From the NCBI GenBank assembly GCA_049698775.1, contig JBAVYM010000049.1, forward strand, positions 41,958 to 105,957: a stretch of 64,000 bases of DNA, written 5' to 3'. The notes under the pieces are model-generated. The model was not told the DNA's origin and did not search any database. It worked only from the letters and a program-made list of their open reading frames with translations. Shown here piece after piece: positions 1 through 8,422 of the stretch. A program made the translations under genes and the position numbers. The stretch's first letter is position 1. Each line of letters begins with the position of its first letter. Source of the DNA: Gammaproteobacteria bacterium (GTDB lineage: Bacteria; Pseudomonadota; Gammaproteobacteria; Natronospirales; REEB76).

Positions 1-261
1 CATGGGGATAGGTGAGTCATCCAGATGCGCTTCCACGCAGCCGCCCGCAAACGCAATTGCGGCGTTTACCTCGAAACGCAGTGCGGGGCCACTTAAAGTC
101 ATTTCCAGCGCCGCGGTGTATTCGGGATTCCCGACCAGCAGATTGGCCTGCCGCAAGCTCAAGTTATCCGCCGCGCCGGCCCGCGGCACACCCAGATGCG
201 CATGCCCTTCTCGGCCACCATCCTGAAAACTGGTGAGCCGTCCGGGTTCGAGCACCGTCAT
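1..261 (-). CDS. pxpC: 5-oxoprolinase subunit C (PxpC/KipA, allophanate hydrolase subunit 2 family); N-terminal 87 codons, gene continues past the window edge
   Basis: Missing from the ORF track because there is no stop in the window. Hand translation of the reverse strand from ATG 261..259 gives MTVLEPGRLTSFQDGGREGHAHLGVPRAGAADNLSLRQANLLVGNPEYTAALEMTLSGPALRF, a typical KipA/PxpC N-terminus. ATGA start/stop overlap with pxpB; canonical pxpA-B-C order. Confidence 0.75.
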   Translation of the reverse strand, partial: MTVLEPGRLTSFQDGGREGHAHLGVPRAGAADNLSLRQANLLVGNPEYTAALEMTLSGPALRFEVNAAIAFAGGCVEAHLDDSPIPM

Positions 262-872
262 CACGGCACCGGCCTGAAATGCACTTTGTCGCCTGGCATG
301 AGCAGCGCCGGCGCCGGACGTGATGCGTTGAACAACACCGTTTCGGTATGGCCCAGCACGTGCCAGCCGCCGGGCGTGGCTTGCGGATAAATGCCAGTGA
401 ATTCATCGGCGATGGCTACCGCGCCGGCCGGCACCTTGGTGCGCGGAGATTTGAGGCGCGGTACGCGCAACTTCGGATCGAGCCCGGTCAGATACGGAAA
501 TCCAGGCGCAAAACCCAGGAATGCTACCGTGTAGGTGACCCCACTGTGACGCCGGATGACTTCTTCGATGCCGAACCCAGTCAGGCGCGCCACCTCTGCC
601 ATGTCATCACCGAAATACTGCACATCAATCTGATGTTCGTGCCCCGCCTTAAAATAGCTTGAATTCTGTATGAGCTTCGGTAGCCGGCGCACGAATTTAT
701 CTGCATCAAATTTCAGGGGATCGAATTCCATCAAGAGCGTGTCATACCCCGGCACCAGTTCCAGAATGCCGGGCAGCCCTTGCCGATGGATGGCCTCGCG
801 CCACTGCTGGGCGGCGCGGAAATCTTCCGTATCCAGCAGCAGGGCAGCGTCGCCGACAAAACGAATATTCAT
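261..872 (-). CDS. pxpB: 5-oxoprolinase subunit B (PxpB/KipI, allophanate hydrolase subunit 1 family)
   Basis: ORF 261..965. The homologous part starts at MNIRFVGDAALLLDTEDF (ATG 872..870), which overlaps the pxpA stop as ATGA. Family-typical FLGFAPGFPYL and IYPQATPGGW segments. Confidence 0.85.
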   Translation of the reverse strand: MNIRFVGDAALLLDTEDFRAAQQWREAIHRQGLPGILELVPGYDTLLMEFDPLKFDADKFVRRLPKLIQNSSYFKAGHEHQIDVQYFGDDMAEVARLTGFGIEEVIRRHSGVTYTVAFLGFAPGFPYLTGLDPKLRVPRLKSPRTKVPAGAVAIADEFTGIYPQATPGGWHVLGHTETVLFNASRPAPALLMPGDKVHFRPVP

Positions 873-1627
873 GCAAATGGGCGGATTATGACGCCGGCCT
901 GTTCCAACGCCACGCGCACGGCGCGCGCGAGCGCCACCGCACCGGGCGTATCCCCGTGCACACACAGGGAACGCGCCTGAATGCTCACGCTCTTACCATC
1001 CAGGCTGACTACTTTTCCGATAGTGGCCATATCCACAGCGCGGCGGGCAACGATCGCGACATCGTTGATGATCGCATTAACCTCAGCGCGCGGTACTAAG
1101 CGCGCCGCTGCTGTATAGGCGCGATCTGTGAAGGCTTCGCCCACTGCGTTCAAGCCCTGAATCTGCGCGCGCTGCATGGCGACACTGCCGGGCAGCGTGA
1201 GCAGCGCCAATGCAGCATCGAAAGCCGTAATGGCATCAATCACGGCATCAGCGGTATCGGCATCATCTGCCATGCGGTTATATAGCGCACCATGCGGCTT
1301 TACATAGCTGACCTGCGTGCCGGCGGCGCGGGCAATGCTGTCCAGAGCACGAAGTTGCTGCGAGACGCTGGCTGTGAGCGCCCGCGATGGCATATCCATA
1401 TCGCGGCGGCCGAAGTGCTCCCGGTCTGGATACGAAACATGCGCACCGATGCTGACGTGGTTGCGCACCGCGCCGTCCACAGCGTGTCGCATGGTTTCCG
1501 CATCCCCAGCGTGCGCACCGCAGGCAATATTTGCGCTGCTCACAATTTCCAACAGGGGCGCATCAGTACCGCAGCCCTCCCCCAGATCACTGTTGAGGTC
1601 TATGGAAGTTCTACGGATCGTGTGCAT
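869..1627 (-). CDS. pxpA: 5-oxoprolinase subunit A (PxpA, LamB/YcsF family)
   Basis: 252 aa. N-terminus IDLNSDLGEGCG and ANIACGAHAGD are hallmark LamB/YcsF motifs. Confidence 0.9.
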   Translation of the reverse strand: MHTIRRTSIDLNSDLGEGCGTDAPLLEIVSSANIACGAHAGDAETMRHAVDGAVRNHVSIGAHVSYPDREHFGRRDMDMPSRALTASVSQQLRALDSIARAAGTQVSYVKPHGALYNRMADDADTADAVIDAITAFDAALALLTLPGSVAMQRAQIQGLNAVGEAFTDRAYTAAARLVPRAEVNAIINDVAIVARRAVDMATIGKVVSLDGKSVSIQARSLCVHGDTPGAVALARAVRVALEQAGVIIRPFA

Positions 1628-1631
1628 AACT

Positions 1632-3344
1632 CTAAGGAATCATCGGCAGATCCAGACCGCGCTGTTTCGCCACTTGGATGGCTTTTTCGTAACCGGCATC
1701 TGCATGCCGCATCACACCCGTGCCAGGATCATTGATGAGCACCCGTTCCAGAGCCTGTTCCGCGCGTACACTGCCATCGGCGACAATCACCACGCCGGCA
1801 TGCAGTGCATAGCCCATGCCCACGCCGCCACCATGATGAAAACTGACCCAGGAAGCGCCGCTGGCGGTGTTCAACAAGGCATTCAGGATCGGCCAATCAG
1901 CCACCGCGTCGGAACCGTCGCGCATCCCTTCTGTCTCGCGATTCGGTGAGGCCACCGAGCCCGCGTCCAGATGGTCGCGGCCAATGACAATAGGCGCCTT
2001 CAGCTCGCCTTTGTGCACCATGTCATTGAAAGCCAGGCCCAGTTTATGGCGTTCCTTGTAACCCAGCCAGCAGATGCGCGCCGGCAGTCCCTGGAAATGA
2101 ATTCGCTCTCGTGCCATATCCAGCCAGCGATGCAGATGCTTTTTGTCCGGGAACAGTTCTTTCGCTTTGGCGTCGGTTTTGCAGATGTCTTCCGGATCGC
2201 CGGACAGGGCCACCCAGCGGAAGGGACCCATGCCCTCGCAGAACAGCGGCCGGATATAGAGCGGCACGAAGCCCTTGAAATCGAAGGCGTTGGTGACGCC
2301 TGCATCCTGGGCCATGGCGCGGATGTTGTTGCCGTAGTCGAAGGTCGGAATGCCTTTTGCGTGAAACCCCAGCATGGCGCGTACCTGCCGCGCCATGGAT
2401 TGCTTGGCAAGCTGCACGTACTTTGCGGGATCGCTCTTGCGCAGTTCGGTCGCCTGTTGCAGCGAATAGCCGACAGGAATGTAACCGTTCAACGGATCGT
2501 GCGCCGAGGTCTGATCCGTAACTAAATGTGGATGATCCTTGCCCTTGAGAATCTCCTCGAAGACCTCCGCCGCATTGCCGAGCAGACCGACGGAAATCGC
2601 CTGACTTTTCGCGCAGGCATTCGTGATGAGTGTTAGCGCTTCCTGGAGGGTTTTTGCCTTGTGGTCGAGATAGCCAGTTTCGAGCCGCTTGTCTATGCGC
2701 TTCTCGTCCACCTCAACAGCAAGGCAACACAAGCCGGCGAACACCGCCGCCAGGGGCTGAGCACCGCCCATGCCGCCGAGCCCACCGGTCAGCAGCCACT
2801 TGCCTTTGGCATCGCCGTCGTAATGCTGACGCACCGCTTCCGCAAACGTTTCGTAAGTACCCTGCACAATGCCCTGGGAACCGATGTAGATCCAGGATCC
2901 GGCCGTCATCTGGCCGAACATCATCAGCCCCTTGCGGTCCAGCTCGAAGAAATGCTCCCACGTAGCCCACTTGCCCACCAGGTTGGAATTGGCGATCAGC
3001 ACGCGAGGTGCGAACTCGTGAGTCTTGAACACGCCCACCGGCTTGCCGGACTGGATCAGCAGGGTTTCGTCATTTTCGAGTCGCTTGAGCGTTGCCACGA
3101 TGGCATCGAAACACTCCCAGTTACGCGCTGCGCGGCCGATGCCGCCATAGACCACCAATTCCTTCGGGTTCTCGCCCACCGCCGGGTCAAGGTTGTTGTG
3201 CAGCATCCTGAGAGCCGCTTCCTGCTGCCAACCCTTGCAGGAGAGCTTGGGTCCGGTGGGAGCGTGCAGTTCTACGTCACGGAAACGGGTAGCCACGGCT
3301 GGCGCCTCGCAAAGACGAAGATGGCCGGTATTGTAACCGGCCAT
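1632..3344 (-). CDS. hutU: urocanate hydratase
   Basis: 570 aa with full-length resemblance to urocanase ([38 protein letters not shown]). Confidence 0.95.
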   Translation of the reverse strand: MAGYNTGHLRLCEAPAVATRFRDVELHAPTGPKLSCKGWQQEAALRMLHNNLDPAVGENPKELVVYGGIGRAARNWECFDAIVATLKRLENDETLLIQSGKPVGVFKTHEFAPRVLIANSNLVGKWATWEHFFELDRKGLMMFGQMTAGSWIYIGSQGIVQGTYETFAEAVRQHYDGDAKGKWLLTGGLGGMGGAQPLAAVFAGLCCLAVEVDEKRIDKRLETGYLDHKAKTLQEALTLITNACAKSQAISVGLLGNAAEVFEEILKGKDHPHLVTDQTSAHDPLNGYIPVGYSLQQATELRKSDPAKYVQLAKQSMARQVRAMLGFHAKGIPTFDYGNNIRAMAQDAGVTNAFDFKGFVPLYIRPLFCEGMGPFRWVALSGDPEDICKTDAKAKELFPDKKHLHRWLDMARERIHFQGLPARICWLGYKERHKLGLAFNDMVHKGELKAPIVIGRDHLDAGSVASPNRETEGMRDGSDAVADWPILNALLNTASGASWVSFHHGGGVGMGYALHAGVVIVADGSVRAEQALERVLINDPGTGVMRHADAGYEKAIQVAKQRGLDLPMIP

Positions 3345-3468
3345 CCTTTAATCTGCGCGAACTCCATTTTACAGATAGGAGTTTCGAGTCTCTAGCGCGA
3401 CACCCGCGTTTCCTGAAAGGAAAAGTATTGCATGTCCACGGTCGGCAGTCTCCGCGGTTCGCCGAATC

Positions 3469-3777
3469 TTATAACATGCAGCTCGGCGCACACGAACTTT
3501 CCTTACCCTGCATCTGCATATTCTGCATCGCTTCCTGAGCGGCTTTCTGACGGGCCGCTTGTTCTGCTTGGGTTAAGCAAATGCGCTGCGGAATGTGGGA
3601 ACCCATGGGGTAGCTATCGGTGCAGATCAGCTTCTGGCCCGAGGGCTGGGTACCGCGCGAGACCACCATTTGCGTCTGGTTCCCTGATGCAGAGGCAGTA
3701 GGTTGGGCCGGCGGCGGAGTTGTGGCACAAGCCGTGATTAGCAGGGCCAGTCCCAAGGAAAGAATCAATTTGCTCAT
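3469..3777 (-). CDS. small lipoprotein, unknown function
   Basis: ORF 3469..3792. The second ATG (3777) is preceded by AGGAGGAGG. Signal peptide plus lipobox (MSKLILSLGLALLITAC); Cys-containing mature part. Divergent from blaI-like gene 1. Confidence 0.6.
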   Translation of the reverse strand: MSKLILSLGLALLITACATTPPPAQPTASASGNQTQMVVSRGTQPSGQKLICTDSYPMGSHIPQRICLTQAEQAARQKAAQEAMQNMQMQGKESSCAPSCML

Positions 3778-3824
3778 AAACCTCCTCCTCATGAATCTTA
3801 GGGCAATTTATACTGGATGAAAAG

Positions 3825-3901
3825 TACTAGTTGCATAGTATTATAACCTCCAAAATCAGGCTTGCAAGACCCCGTAGAAAATTTATACTAGCAGCCTAGT
3901 A
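3825..3901. promoter_or_regulatory. back-to-back divergent sigma70-like promoters with two BlaI/CopY-style dyad operators
   Basis: Plus strand: TTGCAA (3862..3867), 16 nt, TATACT (3884..3889). Minus strand: the same palindromic TTGCAA, 16 nt, TATAAT (3845..3840). Dyad TACTAG-N4-CTAGTA (3886..3901, perfect) covers the plus -10/TSS. Dyad TACTAG-N4-ATAGTA (3825..3840) covers the minus -10/TSS. Confidence 0.45.
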
Positions 3902-3965
3902 GGTTGTACTATACTCCGTGCCATGCTGTCTTGACGGTTCCACCTTGGCATTATGAATTTTCAGT

Positions 3966-4376
3966 ATGTCACCTCGCAATACCCCAATCAGCACAAACCT
4001 GCCTGAACCCACAGAAGCTGAACTGGAAGTGCTGACGGTGCTCTGGCAACGTGGCCCCAGCACGGTACGCCAAGTTCATGATGCCTTGCTGGTTCATAGC
4101 AACCTGGCTTACACAACCATCCTTAGCATGTTGCAGATCATGTACCAGAAAAACCTGGTCAGCCGGGATGATTCGGAACGCGCTCACGTCTACGCTCCTG
4201 CTCTCAGTAAACATCAGACCCAGAAGCAGATTCTGGGCAAGCTGCTGGATCGTGTATTTGGAGGTTCCGCCACGGAACTGGTCATGCAGGCACTGGGTTC
4301 CGCCAAACCTGCCAATCCCATGGAAATCAGCAAAATTCGCGCACGTCTGGATGAACTTGAAAGGGGTAAGGGATGA
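3966..4376 (+). CDS. BlaI/MecI/CopY-family transcriptional repressor (copy 1)
   Basis: 136 aa winged-helix repressor pattern (ELEVLTVLWQRGPSTVRQVHDAL...YTTILSMLQIMYQKNLVSR). ATGA overlap with the downstream M56 gene. Confidence 0.9.
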   Translation: MSPRNTPISTNLPEPTEAELEVLTVLWQRGPSTVRQVHDALLVHSNLAYTTILSMLQIMYQKNLVSRDDSERAHVYAPALSKHQTQKQILGKLLDRVFGGSATELVMQALGSAKPANPMEISKIRARLDELERGKG

Positions 4377-5998
4377 ATCTCACCGACACCCTATTCAACT
4401 CGGTGTGGACCCGCGACTTGGGGTTTACCTTGCTACATTTCCTCTGGGAAGGTGCCTTGGTGGGCGTCCTCTACGCCGTATTGCGGTACCTATTGCGCGG
4501 TGGATCACCCGCGATGCGTTACCACCTGGCCATGGCTACGTTAGCGGTTATGATCACGTTGCCGGTGCTCACCTTCCTGCAGCTTGCCCACATGGCCGCA
4601 GGTATGACAGAAGGAACCTCAACGCAAACACTGGTTACTGTGACAACAACCGGAATCGTACGCGCTGCTTCTACACCGCTCCCATTATTCGGGCACTTGA
4701 AAATCCTGCTGCAGCCGTTGGTACCCTGGGCGGTACCGCTGTGGCTACTGGGCGTTGTGTTCATGACGTTGCGCGTTGGGCGTGGCTGGCAGCATGCACG
4801 CTATCTGAGAAAGACAGCGGATTTCCCGCCCCTGCCGGAATGGCACACTGTGATAGCATCACTGCGCACACTGCTGGGTATTCGCAAACTGGTACAGCTG
4901 GCAGTATCTCGCAATATCACCGTACCTTCCGTCATCGGCTGGCTCAAACCGCTCATCCTGATTCCGCCCAGTGCCATCGCCGGACTGACGCCGCTGCAGA
5001 TGGAACTTATCCTGGCCCACGAACTCGCACATATACGCCGACAAGACTATCTCTGGAACCTGCTGCAGGTGGCCGTGGAAACCCTGCTGTTTTATCACCC
5101 CGCGGTGCGCTGGGTGTCGCATCAAGCGCGCTTGGAACGTGAGCAATGCTGCGATGACATGGTGGTCGAAATGCATGGCAATACCATTGAATACGCACGC
5201 GCCCTGACGGAGCTTGAAAGCCTGCGTCATCCGCGCAACGCGTTGTTGCTGGGCGCCAACGGCGGCCAAGTGCTAAACCGGATTTACCGTTTGTTGGGGC
5301 AGCCAGCTACCAATTCGCTGGCCTCCTGGTTACCGATGCTGCTGGTGGCCGGCTTGTTGTTCGTCGGCGGCCTCATGTCCGTCGTCCAGCGACAAACCCA
5401 TCTGCAAGCGGCATTGGCAACAAGATACACGTTCATGGGTAAACCTGAGCCAGTCATATCCCGGTCCGAGTCTCGCACGGTCGCCATCATCCCCACGCGG
5501 ATTATTCCGATGGAATCAACCCAGCACGCTCTTCAGCCTGTGCCTGCACTTCTCGACTCATCCGACATCTCTTCATTATCAGATCTGCCCTTCTTGACGA
5601 CCCCCATTCCACCGGTGAAATCTTCGGCTGTCGAGCATGCTGCTGCGCACGCAACGCCTGCACCAGAGCGTGCGGGTGGCCAGGTAATAGCACAGTATTC
5701 GCCAACCTACCCATCCCTGGCTCTCGAGCGTGGGGTGGAAGGCGCCGCGACCGTGGAATTTACCCTGACACCAGTTGCCGAGATAACAGATCTGCAGGTG
5801 ACGCGCGCAACCGGTTCGCGGCTGTTCGGGCAGGCGGCCATGGATGCCATCCGCCGCTGGAAATTTACTCCTGTTACCGTCGGTGGGGTGCCGGAATCTC
5901 AGCATATGGCCATCGAGTTCGTCTTCAAACTGAATGGTTCGGCAACAAGCGGCGGGCCTTGCAAAATCCCCATGGGCTATCACCTCTGCACCGACTGA
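4373..5998 (+). CDS. M56 (BlaR1/MecR1-like) membrane metalloprotease fused to a TonB C-terminal domain (copy 1)
   Basis: 541 aa. N-terminal TM helices, HELAHIRRQD zinc motif, and a C-terminal TonB_C-like segment (YPSLALERGVEGAATVEFTL...AMDAIRRWKFTP). Confidence 0.85.
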   Translation: MNLTDTLFNSVWTRDLGFTLLHFLWEGALVGVLYAVLRYLLRGGSPAMRYHLAMATLAVMITLPVLTFLQLAHMAAGMTEGTSTQTLVTVTTTGIVRAASTPLPLFGHLKILLQPLVPWAVPLWLLGVVFMTLRVGRGWQHARYLRKTADFPPLPEWHTVIASLRTLLGIRKLVQLAVSRNITVPSVIGWLKPLILIPPSAIAGLTPLQMELILAHELAHIRRQDYLWNLLQVAVETLLFYHPAVRWVSHQARLEREQCCDDMVVEMHGNTIEYARALTELESLRHPRNALLLGANGGQVLNRIYRLLGQPATNSLASWLPMLLVAGLLFVGGLMSVVQRQTHLQAALATRYTFMGKPEPVISRSESRTVAIIPTRIIPMESTQHALQPVPALLDSSDISSLSDLPFLTTPIPPVKSSAVEHAAAHATPAPERAGGQVIAQYSPTYPSLALERGVEGAATVEFTLTPVAEITDLQVTRATGSRLFGQAAMDAIRRWKFTPVTVGGVPESQHMAIEFVFKLNGSATSGGPCKIPMGYHLCTD

Positions 5999-6150
5999 AC
6001 CGTGGCTGTCGCAGATAACTGAGATTCCCGGTCCCTCTTTTTTTTGCGGCTTGCGCGGGTCCGCATTCCTACGAAGTACCTCGCATTTCGTCTATACTTG
6101 GGTTACATTTCCCGGCCGTTTGGCTGCCGCTTACCAACCTGGAACCCAGC

Positions 6151-6549
6151 ATGTCTCCGCGCCGAGTCCGTTCCAACCATCCTACCGATGCCGAATTGGA
6201 AATCCTCAATGTGCTCTGGAAACAGGGCTCCGGCACCGTGCGCGAAGTCCATGAGGTCGTGACTCAGCATAACCGGGTGGGTTACACCACCGTGCTCAAG
6301 TTGCTACAAATCATGCATGCCAAGGGTCTGGTACAGCGGGATGATTCCAACCGTGCCCACATCTACAACGCCGTCCCCAGTCGCGAGCATACCCAGCGGC
6401 AGTTGTTGAGCAAGTTGACGCAACGGGCATTTGGCGGATCGGTGTCGGAATTGGTTATGCAGGCACTCGGCTCCGGCCGACGCTCCAGCATCGCGGAACT
6501 GGCGCGCATACGTGAACTTATTGATGAGCTGGAAAGGCAAAAGCCATGA
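6151..6549 (+). CDS. BlaI/MecI/CopY-family transcriptional repressor (copy 2)
   Basis: 132 aa and clearly paralogous to 3966..4376 (ELEILNVLWKQGSGTVREVHEVV...YTTVLKLLQIMHAKGLVQR). ATGA overlap with the next gene. Confidence 0.9.
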   Translation: MSPRRVRSNHPTDAELEILNVLWKQGSGTVREVHEVVTQHNRVGYTTVLKLLQIMHAKGLVQRDDSNRAHIYNAVPSREHTQRQLLSKLTQRAFGGSVSELVMQALGSGRRSSIAELARIRELIDELERQKP

Positions 6550-8420
6550 ATGATTTTGCCCAGTCACCGGCGATAATGCATCTTGGCTGGGCCTTGATCC
6601 ATTTCCTGTGGCAGGGAGCATTGGTGGCCGTGATATATCTGTGCCTGCGCCATGCGTTACGCCACTCGAAGCCGCAATCTCGATACACCTTGGCATTAGC
6701 CGCGCTGTTTGTGCTAACCGTGCTGCCCTTGTTCACCTTCTTTTACCTCAGCGGCTGGCATACAGGACATCCGCTCCCAACAGCGCCGCTGTCAATTCAT
6801 TTCACCACTGGCGCCACCAACGTTGCGCATGCCGCCGTAACTCCGATGTTTGCTACTCGATTCGCGCCGCCGGTTTCCTGGGCGGTAATCTTATGGCTTG
6901 CGGGCGTGGCTATCATGGGCGCGCGCGCGATCTGGGGCTGGCGCCAGTCGGTGCTGATGCGACTGGCCCCGCCAGCCACGCTCGCACATCCCTGGCAAGC
7001 GCTACTCCAGAACCTGATTGAAAGAATGCATATCAAACGCGTGACGCGGCTGCTGGCGTCCGTCCAAGTACACGCGCCGATGGTGGTGGGCTGGTTCAAA
7101 CCGGTCATCCTCATACCGCCGAGCGCTGTATGCGGCCTCAGTTGGCAGCAAGCGGAAATGATCCTGGCCCATGAACTGGCACACATTCGTCGCCATGATC
7201 ACCTATTCAATTTATTCCAGGTGGGGGTGGAAACACTGCTGTTTTATCATCCGGCGGTGCACTGGATATCGCGGAATGCGCGCACCGAACGGGAATTTTG
7301 CTGCGACGACGTAGTGATAGAGACCTGCGGCGACCGCGTGGGATATCTCAAAGCCTTGGCGGAACTCGAAAGCCGGCGTCTGCATGCGCCGTTTGCCTTG
7401 GCATCCACTGGTGGCACACTGCTGAGCCGAGCCTACCGCGTGGCCCTGCGCCCCGAGCCTGTCAGCCGTCTGCCTGCATGGTCCGTTGCGTTGCTGGCGT
7501 CGGCGGCGTTGATAACTGCGACGATTCTTGTTCATCCGCATGGGCATACACCTGCATTTCAAACAAACACATCTTCTGCCACGCAATCGGCAACAAGATA
7601 TGAATTCCACTCGACCCCGATACGCGCTCATCAAACGGATACAACAGAACCTAAAAGGTTAGCTGGATTCGTATTGACCTCAACCCGACTTGCACCACCG
7701 GCAATGATCGAAACGTCACCCATCAAACCGCTGCGGATTTTGCCCGTCTTTCAGCCGATACGGCTGACGGACTCCCTGCCGGCACCACAGCCGGCCGCAC
7801 CTTCTGCAGCCGAAAAACCAGCTGCTCCAGCGATAAGCGTGGTGGCAACGCAGCCCTTGGCGGAACCGGCGTATCCCTACCAAGCCTTGCGCGGCGGCCT
7901 GAATGGCGCAGTGCAGGCTGTATTCCGCATCAACCAAACCGGCCACATCAAGAACATTCGTACTACAATGGTTGCAGGACCGCCGGCTATGGCCACCGCG
8001 GTGCGCCAAGCGCTTGAAAACTGGGGATTCAATCCGGTTCGCTTCAACGGCAAGATTATTTCACCGCAGGTAAGCCTCACGTTTGTTTTCGAGGCGGACC
8101 ATGTCAACAAACCAACCGGAAACTGCACAATGGTTACAGGCAGTCACGTATGCCATTGGTACAAAGTTGGTATACAAGATGCTCAAGTACAGGAACCGCG
8201 TATCGGGATTGCACACGCGACGGCATTGAATAATGGCGAGAATATTTCCAAAGGGGATATGGTTGTAAAACTGGCGGGCGCACCAGGAGAAAATGGCTTG
8301 GTTTGCCAGCCGCAGGATGCGTGCTTCCTGACCCGCAACGCGGTCATACCGGAAAGCAGGCAAAGCATCGAGGATCAGTTCCGTTTGCTATCCATGGGTC
8401 TGGGCACCGGGGGCTCCTGA
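6546..8420 (+). CDS. M56 (BlaR1-like) membrane metalloprotease fused to a TonB C-terminal domain, with an extra C-terminal extension (copy 2)
   Basis: 624 aa. HELAHIRRHD motif and a TonB_C-like segment (YPYQALRGGLNGAVQAVFRI...VRQALENWGFNP), followed by about 110 further residues absent from copy 1. Confidence 0.85.
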   Translation: MNDFAQSPAIMHLGWALIHFLWQGALVAVIYLCLRHALRHSKPQSRYTLALAALFVLTVLPLFTFFYLSGWHTGHPLPTAPLSIHFTTGATNVAHAAVTPMFATRFAPPVSWAVILWLAGVAIMGARAIWGWRQSVLMRLAPPATLAHPWQALLQNLIERMHIKRVTRLLASVQVHAPMVVGWFKPVILIPPSAVCGLSWQQAEMILAHELAHIRRHDHLFNLFQVGVETLLFYHPAVHWISRNARTEREFCCDDVVIETCGDRVGYLKALAELESRRLHAPFALASTGGTLLSRAYRVALRPEPVSRLPAWSVALLASAALITATILVHPHGHTPAFQTNTSSATQSATRYEFHSTPIRAHQTDTTEPKRLAGFVLTSTRLAPPAMIETSPIKPLRILPVFQPIRLTDSLPAPQPAAPSAAEKPAAPAISVVATQPLAEPAYPYQALRGGLNGAVQAVFRINQTGHIKNIRTTMVAGPPAMATAVRQALENWGFNPVRFNGKIISPQVSLTFVFEADHVNKPTGNCTMVTGSHVCHWYKVGIQDAQVQEPRIGIAHATALNNGENISKGDMVVKLAGAPGENGLVCQPQDACFLTRNAVIPESRQSIEDQFRLLSMGLGTGGS

Positions 8421-8422
8421 AT

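Noticed and set aside
4051-5142. 363-aa plus-strand ORF overlapping blaI-1 and the first M56 gene in another frame
   Set aside because: It is an alternate frame of two genes that have clear family motifs, and it has no motif of its own.
6000-6150. A second BlaI-type operator upstream of repressor copy 2
   Set aside because: I found only weak 5-bp inverted repeats (AAGTA-N16-TACTT, ACGAA-N11-TTCGT) and a TATACT hexamer without a credible -35. That is not enough to call an operator or promoter.
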